Below are positions 1 to 9,586 of a stretch of 64,000 nt of DNA, piece after piece (positions within the stretch are counted from its first letter, which is position 1; each line of letters starts with the position of its first letter). Below the pieces are notes generated by a model that saw only the letters and a list, made by a program, of their open reading frames with translations, made no database searches and was not told the DNA's origin. Where the stretch lies: positions 5,566 through 69,565 of the forward strand of contig CAZSNP010000016.1 in NCBI GenBank assembly GCA_964608265.1, read 5' to 3'. The position numbers and the translations under genes were made by a program. The stretch is from an uncultured Anaerolineales bacterium. Lineage in GTDB: Bacteria; Chloroflexota; Anaerolineae; Anaerolineales; UBA6663.

Positions 1-1
1 G

Positions 2-616
2 TGCACCTCGTACCTCAGCGACTTCGTCGCCAATCCATATGTGCCCGACGCGGTGTGGATTGCGGCGTGGTATCTCGACTACTTCGACGCCAACGCAACC
101 GTCTGGCTGGGGCAATCGGCGGCGTGTCTGTCGAACTCCCTGTGGGTCCATCAGCAGCGGCTGCGGCAATATGCCGGCGGGCACAACGAGTCGTGGGGGG
201 CGACGACGATCAACATCGACAGCAACGTGCTCGATGGCCCGGTGGCCAGCCTGCGCGATGTGACCCCTTTGGCCCAGGCAGCCGAGTTCTATCGCGACTT
301 CGATTTTGTGGATGGGAGCGCGTGCTCGCTCAACACGCCGGGCTGGTTCAACGCCGAGGAGTGCGGCGCGGGCTGGAACGATCAGCTCTCGTCGCTGCGG
401 TTGCGGCTGGGCTGGTCGGCGCGCGTCTTCCGCGACACGAACCTGGCCGGGCCGAGCTACTGCTACGTCCTCAGCGACCCCGATTTCGCCAACGACCGCT
501 TCGACGCGACGACGCTGGTTGAGAACAATGCCTCCTCGATCAAGGTGTACGACAATGCGGGGTGTGTGGATTACTTCACCTACCTCCCCTTCATTGCCAA
601 CTCAGGCGTCCCCTGA
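2..616 (+). CDS. 5'-truncated secreted protein: C-terminal part of a DUF1906 (GH25-like/Rv2525c-type) domain, a beta/gamma-crystallin-like domain and a C-terminal YLPFIAN motif
   Basis: Frame is open from position 2 (CTSYLSDFVANPYVPDAVWIAAW...QYAGGHNESWG..INIDSNVLDG). Crystallin-like segments FYRDFDF, WNDQLSSLRL and NNASSIKV follow; the protein ends YFTYLPFIANSGVP. The start lies outside the window. Confidence 0.7.
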   Translation, partial: CTSYLSDFVANPYVPDAVWIAAWYLDYFDANATVWLGQSAACLSNSLWVHQQRLRQYAGGHNESWGATTINIDSNVLDGPVASLRDVTPLAQAAEFYRDFDFVDGSACSLNTPGWFNAEECGAGWNDQLSSLRLRLGWSARVFRDTNLAGPSYCYVLSDPDFANDRFDATTLVENNASSIKVYDNAGCVDYFTYLPFIANSGVP

Positions 617-625
617 TTGAGTCTG

Positions 626-2614
626 TTATAACCTCGCCTTCACCGCCTGCGCCGTCAGGTGCGCCAATGCCATCACCGTGATCATCGGGTTGACGCCCGA
701 GGCGGTGGGGAAGGCCGAGGCATCGGCGACGAAGAGGTTGCGCACATCCCAACTCTCGCCCTGCGGCGTGAGCACCGACCGCGAGCGGCGCCCCCCCATG
801 CGACAGGTGCCCATCTGATGCGCTGAGAACACCATCAACGAGTTCGCCGCGAAGCCGAGGCGCTGCACGCGCCGGAGATACGGCTCGAGGTCAGCGCCGT
901 CGTTGCGGAATGGCGCGAGGCCGGCGTGCGGCCCGCCAATGGCGTGCGCGCCGGCTGCGGCGTGCAACCGAAAACACTCCTCCACGCCGCGCAGCATATG
1001 CCGGCCGTCGGCCCGCGAGAGCACGTAGTCCATCACCGGCCGGCCCTGTTTGTTCACGCTCACCCGCCCGCCGTCGCGGTCACGGGTGATGGCGATGAAG
1101 ACGGCTTGGTTGCGCGTGCGGGCGACGAGGGCTTTGTGTTGTTCCCCCGAAAGCCACACCTGCCCGAGGCCGATGATGCCGGCGTGCGCCGGTGGGTGCT
1201 CGACGACGAAGCCGTAGTGCCGCCCATCGAGGTTGGCCCACTGGTTGACGTAGCGCGTGAGCATCGGCCCCGTCCACGGCTCGATGAGTTCGTCGTATTC
1301 ACCGAAGACGGGCACGGTGGGATGCAGCCGCAAATTCGTGCCGATAACGGGATTCGCGATGCCGGAGCGCAGCAGCACCGCCGGCGCGTGAATGCTGCCG
1401 GCGGCGATTACGGTGGCCCGCGCGCGAACGGTCAGCGGGCGGACGCCGGCCTCCGTCGCGCACTCCACTTCCACACCCGCCGCGCGGCCGGCCTCAATCA
1501 ACACCCGCTTGGCCGTTGCGTTGACGACGAAGCGGGCCCCGTGCTCCGCCGCCTCGGGTAGATAGTTCTTCAGCGTGCTCTGTTTGCTGCCCCGCGCGCA
1601 GCCGAAGGTGCACCAGCCGCACTCCGCCGGGTCGGTGCAGCCTTTGCGATTCTGCGGGACGATGCCGCAGCCGAGGCCGAGCCGATCGCAGGCGAGTTCG
1701 AGCTTGCGCGCCTCGGCGCTCGCCCACGACTCGTCTTCGCTCACCTGCAGGCGCGCCCAGACCGAGTCCAGCGCCCGGGTGTACTCGGCGCTGAGCATAT
1801 CGGTGCAGGCGTGCTCGCGCGCCCATTCCTCGCGCACGTGGTCGGGTGTGCGGAACGAGGCGCTCCAGTTGATGACGGTGGCGCCGCCGAGCGTCGAGCC
1901 GGCCAGCACGACGAGGCCGCCGTCGCGCGTGGCGAGGACAGCCTGATTCTCGTACAGCTTCTGATACGCCGTAAGCTCGTTTTGATCGAAGTCGCCGTCG
2001 CCGGAGTTGCCGCCCTTCTCGACGACGATGACGTCTTTGCCGGCCCGCGCCAGCTCCGCCGCCACCACGCTGCCGCCCGCGCCCGAGCCGACGACGACGA
2101 CATCGCACTGCAGTGTGTCCGCCTCGGGGATGATCGTCGGCAGCCGGCCCCGTCCGGCCTCGGCGCCGCGCGCCCGCGGGGCAGGCCGATAGCCGATAGC
2201 GGGCCAATTCGGATTGCGGCCGGACTCGTCGGTGACGGAGTAGAAGAGGACGGCGGTGAGACGTTTGAGCCCTTGAAACGCTTTGCGGAGTTGGGGCACG
2301 GGGGAGACGGCCCAACGATGCAGCACCTGCTCGCGTTCGGCGGGCGTGAGCGCGGCAAAGGGCCTGAAGTGACCGGTCAGTGCCAGCGCGGTCACGGGCC
2401 GGTCGAGCGCATCGAGCAGTTGCTTGAATTCAGCCTGCTGCTCCTCGGTCTGCAAGTCGCGCACGGCGCGGGTGAGCAACCCTGGCACGTCCAGGTCGGA
2501 GGCGGCGCGCTTCCAGAAGCCGTGCTCATCGTCCGCGCGCTCAATACTGGGGATAACGGTGTCGCACAGCGCCGTGAGCGTTTGGAATTGTGCGTCGGTG
2601 AGGAAGTGAGTCAT
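626..2614 (-). CDS. GMC-family FAD oxidoreductase, long-chain alcohol oxidase type
   Basis: DVVVVGSGAGG Rossmann motif, GSTLGGATVIN, and C-terminal SAHQMGTCRMG and DASAFPTASGVNPMIT motifs. Start placed at MTHFLT (2614). Confidence 0.9.
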   Translation of the reverse strand: MTHFLTDAQFQTLTALCDTVIPSIERADDEHGFWKRAASDLDVPGLLTRAVRDLQTEEQQAEFKQLLDALDRPVTALALTGHFRPFAALTPAEREQVLHRWAVSPVPQLRKAFQGLKRLTAVLFYSVTDESGRNPNWPAIGYRPAPRARGAEAGRGRLPTIIPEADTLQCDVVVVGSGAGGSVVAAELARAGKDVIVVEKGGNSGDGDFDQNELTAYQKLYENQAVLATRDGGLVVLAGSTLGGATVINWSASFRTPDHVREEWAREHACTDMLSAEYTRALDSVWARLQVSEDESWASAEARKLELACDRLGLGCGIVPQNRKGCTDPAECGWCTFGCARGSKQSTLKNYLPEAAEHGARFVVNATAKRVLIEAGRAAGVEVECATEAGVRPLTVRARATVIAAGSIHAPAVLLRSGIANPVIGTNLRLHPTVPVFGEYDELIEPWTGPMLTRYVNQWANLDGRHYGFVVEHPPAHAGIIGLGQVWLSGEQHKALVARTRNQAVFIAITRDRDGGRVSVNKQGRPVMDYVLSRADGRHMLRGVEECFRLHAAAGAHAIGGPHAGLAPFRNDGADLEPYLRRVQRLGFAANSLMVFSAHQMGTCRMGGRRSRSVLTPQGESWDVRNLFVADASAFPTASGVNPMITVMALAHLTAQAVKARL

Positions 2615-2678
2615 TGCGTGCTTGCGGTCTTTCAAACGGGCGATTGTGCGATTGAGAGCGGTGACGGGTGCACGAAGC

Positions 2679-3164
2679 TCAAACGGATTCTCTGACGAGC
2701 ACCCTCAACTCCGCCAGATGGTTGCGCGCGTGGGTGTACATGCGCTCGGCCCACCACTGCGCGGTGCGCGGGCCGGAGGGCGGGTGCACGCCGACGCGGT
2801 TCCAGTCGTCGGCGGTGAGGGTATGCAGGCGGCTCACCGCTTGCGAGCGCTGACGGCGAAACTCGGCGACGATGTCGGCCAGCGGCTCCTCGGGCCGGTA
2901 GCCGTCCTCGAGCGACCAGCGATGATGGGGGAAAGGCTCGAGGTGCGGGCGGTCTTCGCCGAGGAGGCGATGGAGGCGCGGGAGGTAGGCCATGGTTTCG
3001 GCGTCGCGGATATGCACGGCGAGTTGATGCAGCGTCGCGCCATCGGCGTCGCGCCGCGCCTGCCATTCCGGCTCGGGCAACGCTGCGACGAGCGTGGCAA
3101 ACTCATCGGGTTGCGCGGCCAACCGATTGAGGAGGATTTCGCGGTATTGGCGCAGTTGTTCCAT
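2679..3164 (-). CDS. DinB/YfiT-family four-helix protein (putative thiol S-transferase)
   Basis: LHQLAVHIRDAE and HARNH histidine pattern; G-x-H-P motif in VGVHPP. Confidence 0.8.
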   Translation of the reverse strand: MEQLRQYREILLNRLAAQPDEFATLVAALPEPEWQARRDADGATLHQLAVHIRDAETMAYLPRLHRLLGEDRPHLEPFPHHRWSLEDGYRPEEPLADIVAEFRRQRSQAVSRLHTLTADDWNRVGVHPPSGPRTAQWWAERMYTHARNHLAELRVLVRESV

Positions 3165-3201
3165 TTGCTAAACCAATGTGACCGTCACCTATGTCGAACG
3201 C

Positions 3202-3882
3202 TCAGCGTGACAGAAGGCGCGCGCGCAGCTGGTGGATGTGCGCGGCGTGATCGAGTTCGTGCCACAGCGCGCGCCGCACCACCTTGCGCGGCGACCAGGT
3301 CTCGCCTTGAATCGTCACGACCTCGTCCCGATCCACAAACAGCCGCAGGGCTTCATTGAACTGCGCCCGCACCAGCATCAATCTGCCGAGCACGTCCGTC
3401 ATCTCCCATGCGGCCTGATGGTCGAGGTTGAAGCGGCCGAGATACCAGTTCTCGGCGCCGGCCACGTGCTTGAGGATACCGTTGATGCTCCACCGCTCGC
3501 CGGGCAACGCCGTATTCAGCGCCTCGTCGCTCAACCCCAGATACGCGTCGAGCAGATCGGCGCGCGAGGCGTACAGCCGCCGGCCAAAGACCTCGACCTC
3601 CTCGGCGGCGAGCGGGGCGCGGTCGGCGGCGAAGAAGGCATTGACTTCATACTCGTCCTGCGACACCCACGCGCGCTGCACCTCATCCACCAAAAACTCG
3701 AACGGCGCCTCGGGCGGTTGCTCGCCGTGCCGGCGCAACCAGGCGAAATATTCCGGCAGGGCGCTGCTCGCCGAGGCGACCGCCGCCTCGCGCGTCTCGG
3801 CGCCGGCAAATCCGCCCGGCCAACCGGCCAGGTGGGCGATCCAGCGGCCCTCCATTTCTTCGAGGTTGAGGTGAAAGAGCAT
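3202..3882 (-). CDS. HicB-like N-terminal domain fused to a DinB-family domain
   Basis: N-terminus WIAHLAGWPGGFAGAETREAAV resembles the HicB fold; C-terminus has WSINGILKHVAGAE and RRALWHELDH. Confidence 0.7.
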   Translation of the reverse strand: MLFHLNLEEMEGRWIAHLAGWPGGFAGAETREAAVASASSALPEYFAWLRRHGEQPPEAPFEFLVDEVQRAWVSQDEYEVNAFFAADRAPLAAEEVEVFGRRLYASRADLLDAYLGLSDEALNTALPGERWSINGILKHVAGAENWYLGRFNLDHQAAWEMTDVLGRLMLVRAQFNEALRLFVDRDEVVTIQGETWSPRKVVRRALWHELDHAAHIHQLRARLLSR

Positions 3883-3949
3883 CGGCCGGGATGAAGCGCG
3901 AAGCCGCACAGCACGCGAAGTTTCCTTTGCGCTCCTGGCAGCTTTGCGG

Positions 3950-4792
3950 TTAAGTCTCTATCTGTAAGGCGTAGTCGGCAAGGCTGGCAGCCTGCCGTCC
4001 GGCGCGGCGGTCGGCGAGGAGGGTTTCGAGCTGCAACACGACTGCCGGCAATTGTTTCAGCCCGCGCGTTTTCTTCTGCATCACCATGAGCTGATCGCCG
4101 GCGTCCCTCCCCTCGGCCTCGCGCAGAAAGAGCACAGCGGCGGCCAGGCCGAGCACTTCCGCGCGCGGCTTGAGTTCTTCGGGCAACCGCTCCGTAAACA
4201 GAAAACACGCAAACGCCTCGGCGATGATGGCGAGCGCCTCATCGGGCCGCTCGCTGTAGCGCCACGGGTGCGAGGTGCCCCACGCGATCGGCGGCGGCGC
4301 GGTCACGACGACCTCTGTGGCGGAGGCGACCGCCAGCGGCTGGCGGCCCGGGTACAGCAGGTTGGGGATGAAGACAAAGGCGCGCTCATCCGCGCCGAAC
4401 AAATCCAGCAGGAAGCGATGCAGGTCGGCGCGATCGAGCACCGCGCGCGCATCCGCCTCGGCCTGCTCGAAATCGGCGGAGTGCTCGGCGAAGAACTCCG
4501 TCACGCCTGCGGCGGTCACAAAATCCCGCCCCGCCTGACCGAAGCCCGCCGGCCATTCGACGAGCAGGGCGTGCGCATACAACGACGAGAGCCCCTCGCC
4601 TTCCCCCGCCACCGTGCGGATGTCGCGCACGGCCTCGTGCTCACGCTGCGGGGCGAAGCGACGGTGGGCGGCCTCGGCCACGCGATGCGGCTTGTAGGCC
4701 TTGACGCGCTGCTCCGCCTCCGGCCAGTCGCCGGCGGCCAGCAGCGCGCCTATCACGCGAAAGCGTTCATCGCTGCGGACTGCGATGGTCAT
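3950..4792 (-). CDS. Hypothetical protein, 280 aa
   Basis: Normal amino-acid composition and in line with the minus-strand gene run; no motif I can name with confidence. Confidence 0.75.
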   Translation of the reverse strand: MTIAVRSDERFRVIGALLAAGDWPEAEQRVKAYKPHRVAEAAHRRFAPQREHEAVRDIRTVAGEGEGLSSLYAHALLVEWPAGFGQAGRDFVTAAGVTEFFAEHSADFEQAEADARAVLDRADLHRFLLDLFGADERAFVFIPNLLYPGRQPLAVASATEVVVTAPPPIAWGTSHPWRYSERPDEALAIIAEAFACFLFTERLPEELKPRAEVLGLAAAVLFLREAEGRDAGDQLMVMQKKTRGLKQLPAVVLQLETLLADRRAGRQAASLADYALQIET

Positions 4793-4804
4793 AGTGAATC
4801 GTCA

Positions 4805-5404
4805 TCAGATATTGGCGATGGCCGTCGTCACCGGCTCGCCCGCGCGGAGGGCGACGACGCGCAGGCCCGAGTCTTTCCATTCGTCCGCCAGCGCCGCTGC
4901 CAGCCCGCGCAGGCCCTCGCGCGCGGCGCGCACGGCGGCGTGGGGCACAGCGGGATCGCGGGCCACGAGGACGATCAGACCGCCCCCAGTCTCCGGCGAG
5001 CCGGCGTCGCGGGCCGCTATCATCGCCCGGGCCACGGTCTGCGCGCACAGGAAGGTGCCTTTGAGATTCACGTCGAGCGTCCGGTTCCACTCGCCCTCGT
5101 CCATCTTGAGCGCGCTGTTGCCGGGTGTGATCTCGGCCGCGCACACCAGCATGTCAATCCTCGGATAGCGTTCGAGCACATCATAGATCAGCGTCTGCAC
5201 CGCCATCTTCTGGCTGACATCCACCGCCTGCGCCTCGGCGCGGCCACCGGCCTGCCTGATGGCCTCGGCGGTGCGCGTCGCTGAATCAGGATTGATGTCA
5301 ATGGCGATGACGGTGAAGCCGGCCTGGCCAAGCTCGCGCGCAGCGCCGCGCCCGGCGCCCCGGCCCGCGCCGGTGACGAGGGCCACCTTACCGAGGATGG
5401 TCAT
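4805..5404 (-). CDS. SDR-family protein with degenerate catalytic motif
   Basis: MTILGKVALVTGAGRGAG cofactor motif and WNRTLDVNLKGTFL are present; the YxxxK position reads VRAAR. Confidence 0.85.
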   Translation of the reverse strand: MTILGKVALVTGAGRGAGRGAARELGQAGFTVIAIDINPDSATRTAEAIRQAGGRAEAQAVDVSQKMAVQTLIYDVLERYPRIDMLVCAAEITPGNSALKMDEGEWNRTLDVNLKGTFLCAQTVARAMIAARDAGSPETGGGLIVLVARDPAVPHAAVRAAREGLRGLAAALADEWKDSGLRVVALRAGEPVTTAIANI

Positions 5405-5436
5405 ATCGCAATTGTAGTCGCGCCCACGATTGCTGG

Positions 5437-6288
5437 CTACGGTGGTGGCGGTCGCGGCCCGACGTCTTCGAGCCGGTAGCCGCGCGGATACGAGCGGTGC
5501 CGGATGTGGGCGTGGAAGACCGGGGTGCGTCGCTCGGGTAAACCGCGCACCAGCGCCGCGCGCAGCCGCAACGCCCCGCGCACCAGCGCCCGCATCCACG
5601 CCGGCGGGCCTCGAAAGCCAAAGGCCTGCAACAGCGGTTCGTCGAGCAGGGCGTAGATGAAGGGCGCGCCCAGCGCAAACAGCGGCCGGGGCAGGAACCA
5701 GCCAAGGAAAAGCTCCACCGTGGCCGTGCCCACGCGCCGATTGGTCTCTGCGTAGCGGAAGTGGCCGAGCTCGTAGCTGCGATTGAAGCGCTCGAAGACG
5801 GCGTAGTCGTCGGGAACGGCATGAATGTTCATGCGCCGTGCGATCTCACGCCACAGGTGGAAGAGGGCCAGCTTCTCGTTGGGGTGCATCGGCCGCCAGC
5901 CGAACTGCTCCATCCACCGCGCCGGCTCGAACACAAAGGTCGAGAGCACGTACAAGAAATCGTCGTTGGCGATGGCATAGCGGCCATGCTGGCGGTTCAT
6001 ATTGCGCAGGGCGGCGCGCCCCTGCGGGCTGTCGTACCCCTCCTCCGTCATCAGGCTGACGAGGATGGCGGTATCGTCGTAGCGCTTCTGCGCGGCGCGG
6101 CGGAACTCGCCGGTGCGGTCGAGCAGGGCCGAGATGCTGGGCACGGCATACGTTCGGAAGAGCGCGAACTCCAACGCGCGAGTCATGTCGAAGGGGAACT
6201 CGTACGTCGAACTCAGCCGGACGATTTCCAAATGATCGCGCTCGGGGTCGAGCCGTTCGATGCGCGCCAGGATGGAGCGTTGGGGCAT
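5437..6288 (-). CDS. DUF2236 / MpaB / rubber-oxygenase-like family protein
   Basis: RTYAVPSIS.LL..TGEF, KRYDDT, NMNRQHGRY and YVLSTFVFEP are typical of this family. Confidence 0.85.
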   Translation of the reverse strand: MPQRSILARIERLDPERDHLEIVRLSSTYEFPFDMTRALEFALFRTYAVPSISALLDRTGEFRRAAQKRYDDTAILVSLMTEEGYDSPQGRAALRNMNRQHGRYAIANDDFLYVLSTFVFEPARWMEQFGWRPMHPNEKLALFHLWREIARRMNIHAVPDDYAVFERFNRSYELGHFRYAETNRRVGTATVELFLGWFLPRPLFALGAPFIYALLDEPLLQAFGFRGPPAWMRALVRGALRLRAALVRGLPERRTPVFHAHIRHRSYPRGYRLEDVGPRPPPP

Positions 6289-6300
6289 GGTCGCCTAGCG

Positions 6301-7533
6301 CTAACCGAGCGCCACCTGCCACAACGCGCGGGGCGACATGGCGCGCAACGGGTCAATGTTGCCGATGGCGACGTTGAGCAGCAACTCCGCCAAATCGGGG
6401 TTACGGTTGGCGGCGCTGACGAAGCGGTTGAGCACCCACGGGCGGAAGTAAGTGTCGCGCACCCGGATGATGTTGACGAACATCCTCAGAAACCGGTTGT
6501 GCAGGGCGTGGATGTGCCGCCGCGCGGCGCGCTCCGCCGTCTCGCCCGCACGGAGCGCGCGGCCCAGCTCGTCCGCCGCCACCTCCGCCGACTCAAGCGC
6601 GTAATCAATCCCCTCGCCGGTGAGGGGATTGACCAGGCCGGCGGCCTCGCCGATCAGCATCAGCCCGGGGAAGGCAGCGCGCGCGGTGGGGAAATCGAAG
6701 CGCAGCGGGTAGCCTTTGATCGGCGCGCTGGGCTGCGCGTCCGTCAACAGCCCGGCCACGTAACGGTTGGCGACGAATTCATCGAAGGCCCGGCGCGGCG
6801 TGGTGCGTTGCGGCGCGCGCCCGGCGCGCACGAAGTAGCCGGCGCCCACGTTGGCCGTCGTCGGCGAGGTCGGAAACACCCAGCCGTAGCCCGGCAGCGG
6901 CACCGAGTCGAAGTGAAACTCAACCGTATCGCTCAGGCCCTGCACGTTCTCGTAATACGTGCGCGCGGCGCGGCCATACGCCGGCGCGCCCTTGAGCAGG
7001 CCGGCGCGTTCGAGCACCGAGGTCGAGGCGCCGGTGGCGAACACCGTGGCCCGCGCGCGCAGGTCGCGCAGCCCATGCGCGGTCTGGGCGCGCACGCCGA
7101 CGACCTCAGCGTGTTCCCGCAGAATCTCAATCGCGGCCGTCTGCGGCGCGAAGTGCGCCCCGGCCTCCACCGCCCGGGTGCGGATGATGTCGTCGAGCTG
7201 GTAGCGCGGCAGCACGAGGGCGAAGTTCGGCAGGTGCCCGAAGGCCGGGGCCGGCGCAACGACCGCGCGGCCGTTGGGCGCGAAGATGGCGATGCGGTTG
7301 ACGCGATAGCCCTGCGCGTCCACGCGGTCGGCCAGGCCCATATCGTGCAGCACGCGCAGCGCGCGCGGTGAAACCCCGTCGCCGCAGGTCTTGTCACGCG
7401 GGAAGTCGGTCTTATCCACCAGCAAAACATCGAAGCCCTGCGCGGCGAGGAAGTACGCCATCGCCGAGCCGGCCGGCCCCGCGCCGACGATGAGGATGTC
7501 GCGGTGTTCCACACGCTTCGGGAGCCTGTCCAT
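6301..7533 (-). CDS. Geranylgeranyl reductase family FAD-dependent oxidoreductase
   Basis: DILIVGAGPAGS, FPRDKTCGDG, GYGWVFP, GEAAGLVNPLTGEGIDYA. Confidence 0.9.
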   Translation of the reverse strand: MDRLPKRVEHRDILIVGAGPAGSAMAYFLAAQGFDVLLVDKTDFPRDKTCGDGVSPRALRVLHDMGLADRVDAQGYRVNRIAIFAPNGRAVVAPAPAFGHLPNFALVLPRYQLDDIIRTRAVEAGAHFAPQTAAIEILREHAEVVGVRAQTAHGLRDLRARATVFATGASTSVLERAGLLKGAPAYGRAARTYYENVQGLSDTVEFHFDSVPLPGYGWVFPTSPTTANVGAGYFVRAGRAPQRTTPRRAFDEFVANRYVAGLLTDAQPSAPIKGYPLRFDFPTARAAFPGLMLIGEAAGLVNPLTGEGIDYALESAEVAADELGRALRAGETAERAARRHIHALHNRFLRMFVNIIRVRDTYFRPWVLNRFVSAANRNPDLAELLLNVAIGNIDPLRAMSPRALWQVALG

Positions 7534-7627
7534 CGCAATCGGACTCTAGCGCAAAGGCCCGAAGATGCAAGGCCGCCATGCTCGACACTCGGCGGTCGCG
7601 CTCGCAATGCGTCCTGACCTTCGGGCT

Positions 7628-9586
7628 TTATTCGATGTCGGCCAGCTCCCGCCAGGCCCGCAACACCTCCGCCACGCTCCACGCTTGCGCGGGGCAGGCA
7701 TGCGGGGTGTGCGGCGGGTCGGCGTCGGCGACCTCGCTGAGGCTGCCGAGGCCGTGATCGCTGAGATGGCGCAGCAGCGGGTCGAGGAAACTGAGCGCGG
7801 CCGCGCGGTCACCGTACACGCGGAAGTGCGCGCTGACGAACGGGCCGATGAGCCACGGCCAGACCGTGCCCTGATGGTATGCGGTGTCCCGCGTCACCCG
7901 GTCGCCGTTGTAACGCGGATGGTAGTTCGCGTCGTCGGGCGGCAGCGTGCGCAGGCCGAGTGACGTCAGCAGCCTGCGCGCACAGACCTCCACCACTGCG
8001 CGCTGCTGCCCGGCGGTGAGCGGCGAGTGCGGGAGCGAGACGGCGAAGAGTTGATTGGGCCGCAGCGTGGCCTCGGGCCCGTTCGGGCCGTCGAGCACGT
8101 CGAAGCAGCAGCGGGTTGCCGGGTTCCAAAAGCGCTCGAAGCCGGCGCGGGCCGCCTCCGCCAGCGCGTCGTACTCCGCCGCCGGTTCCGCCAGCCGCCG
8201 CGCGAGAGCCGCCATCACCCGCAGCGCGTTGTACCACAGCGCATTGACCTCCACCGGCTTGCCGATGCGGGGCGTCACCACCCAATCGTCAATCTTCACA
8301 TCCATCCATGTTAGTTGCACGCCCGGCTCGCCGGCATACAACAAACCGTCGCGCGGATCAACATGGATGCGATAGCGCGTGCCGCGTCTGTGCCACGCGA
8401 TGATATCGGCGAGCACCGGCCACAGATCGCGCACGAGGCCGTCATCGCCGGTCGCGGCGTGATAAGCGCGGACGGCCTCCACATACCACAGCGTCGCATC
8501 CACCGTGTTGTAACCCGGCGTTTCATTCGCATCGGGGAAGTTGTTGGGCAGCATCCCCTCGCTGGCGAAGCGCGCGAAGGTGCGGAGGATTTTCGCCGCC
8601 ACGTCGAAGCGGCGCGCGGCCAGGGTCAGGCCGGGCAGGGCGATCATGGTATCGCGGCCCCAATCGTTGAACCACGGGTAACCGGCGATCACGCTGCGGC
8701 CCTCCGGTTCGCCCGGCAGCGGGCGCGCGACGATGAATTGATCGGCGGCCAGGACGAGCTGGCGAATGGCGGCCGGCGCGGCGCCAAGGCCAGATCGCTC
8801 GATGAGCTGGGCCTCGTAGGCCCGGCGCTGCCGGAGCGGCTCGGCATGCCGCGCGGCGCCGGCGGCGCTGAGGGTGAAGATCACGGACTCGCCCGGTTGC
8901 AACGTCACGCGGAACACGCCGAGGCACACGTTGTCGTCCACCGCATCGAGTCCGCGCCCGTGCTCGACGCTGAGGAAGTAGGCGCGATAGCGTTCGGAAC
9001 GCGGCTCGGCCTCGGCGCGGTCGCTGGTCACAAAACTGATCGGCTTGCCGTCGCGCACGATCCGCAGCCCGCCGGCGACCCGTTCGGCGACGAGCGGCAG
9101 CGGGTCGTTGATCGAGGTGACGTGATGGTCGCGCTGATTGGCGATGACCTTGAGGCTGAGCGCGAGCGGAACCGAGGCGCGCCGCACGGTGTATTCAACG
9201 AAGGCGGTGTTTTCACCCGGCTGCATCCACAGCCGTTTTTCGAGCAGCGCATCGCCGAGGGCGAAGGCCCATACCGGGATCGCGCCGTCGAGCCGGAAGT
9301 GCTCGATGAACTGAAACCCCGCCGGCTCGATGCCGCCCTCGGCCCATTGATTGGCGAAGAGCGGGTAATCGCGGCCATCGTACCTCGCGGTCTCGTCGAA
9401 TTTCGTGATCAGCAGCGTGCGGCCCACCGGCGGGGCCAGCGCGGCGATGAGCAACCCGTGATAGCGCCGGGTCAGCATCCCGGCCACCGTTCCCATCGCA
9501 TAGCCGCCGAGCCCGTTGGTCACGAGCCATTCCTTTGCTCCGGAGATGGCGGGGTTCCCGCACACATCGCGTCCAAAATCAACCAT
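7628..9586 (-). CDS. Glycogen debranching enzyme / amylo-alpha-1,6-glucosidase (GH133-like)
   Basis: EWLVTNGLGGYA, IAGYPWFNDWGRDTMI, LTWMD, YHQGTVWPWL, CPAQAWSVAE. GGAGG SD before ATG 9586. Confidence 0.92.
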   Translation of the reverse strand: MVDFGRDVCGNPAISGAKEWLVTNGLGGYAMGTVAGMLTRRYHGLLIAALAPPVGRTLLITKFDETARYDGRDYPLFANQWAEGGIEPAGFQFIEHFRLDGAIPVWAFALGDALLEKRLWMQPGENTAFVEYTVRRASVPLALSLKVIANQRDHHVTSINDPLPLVAERVAGGLRIVRDGKPISFVTSDRAEAEPRSERYRAYFLSVEHGRGLDAVDDNVCLGVFRVTLQPGESVIFTLSAAGAARHAEPLRQRRAYEAQLIERSGLGAAPAAIRQLVLAADQFIVARPLPGEPEGRSVIAGYPWFNDWGRDTMIALPGLTLAARRFDVAAKILRTFARFASEGMLPNNFPDANETPGYNTVDATLWYVEAVRAYHAATGDDGLVRDLWPVLADIIAWHRRGTRYRIHVDPRDGLLYAGEPGVQLTWMDVKIDDWVVTPRIGKPVEVNALWYNALRVMAALARRLAEPAAEYDALAEAARAGFERFWNPATRCCFDVLDGPNGPEATLRPNQLFAVSLPHSPLTAGQQRAVVEVCARRLLTSLGLRTLPPDDANYHPRYNGDRVTRDTAYHQGTVWPWLIGPFVSAHFRVYGDRAAALSFLDPLLRHLSDHGLGSLSEVADADPPHTPHACPAQAWSVAEVLRAWRELADIE

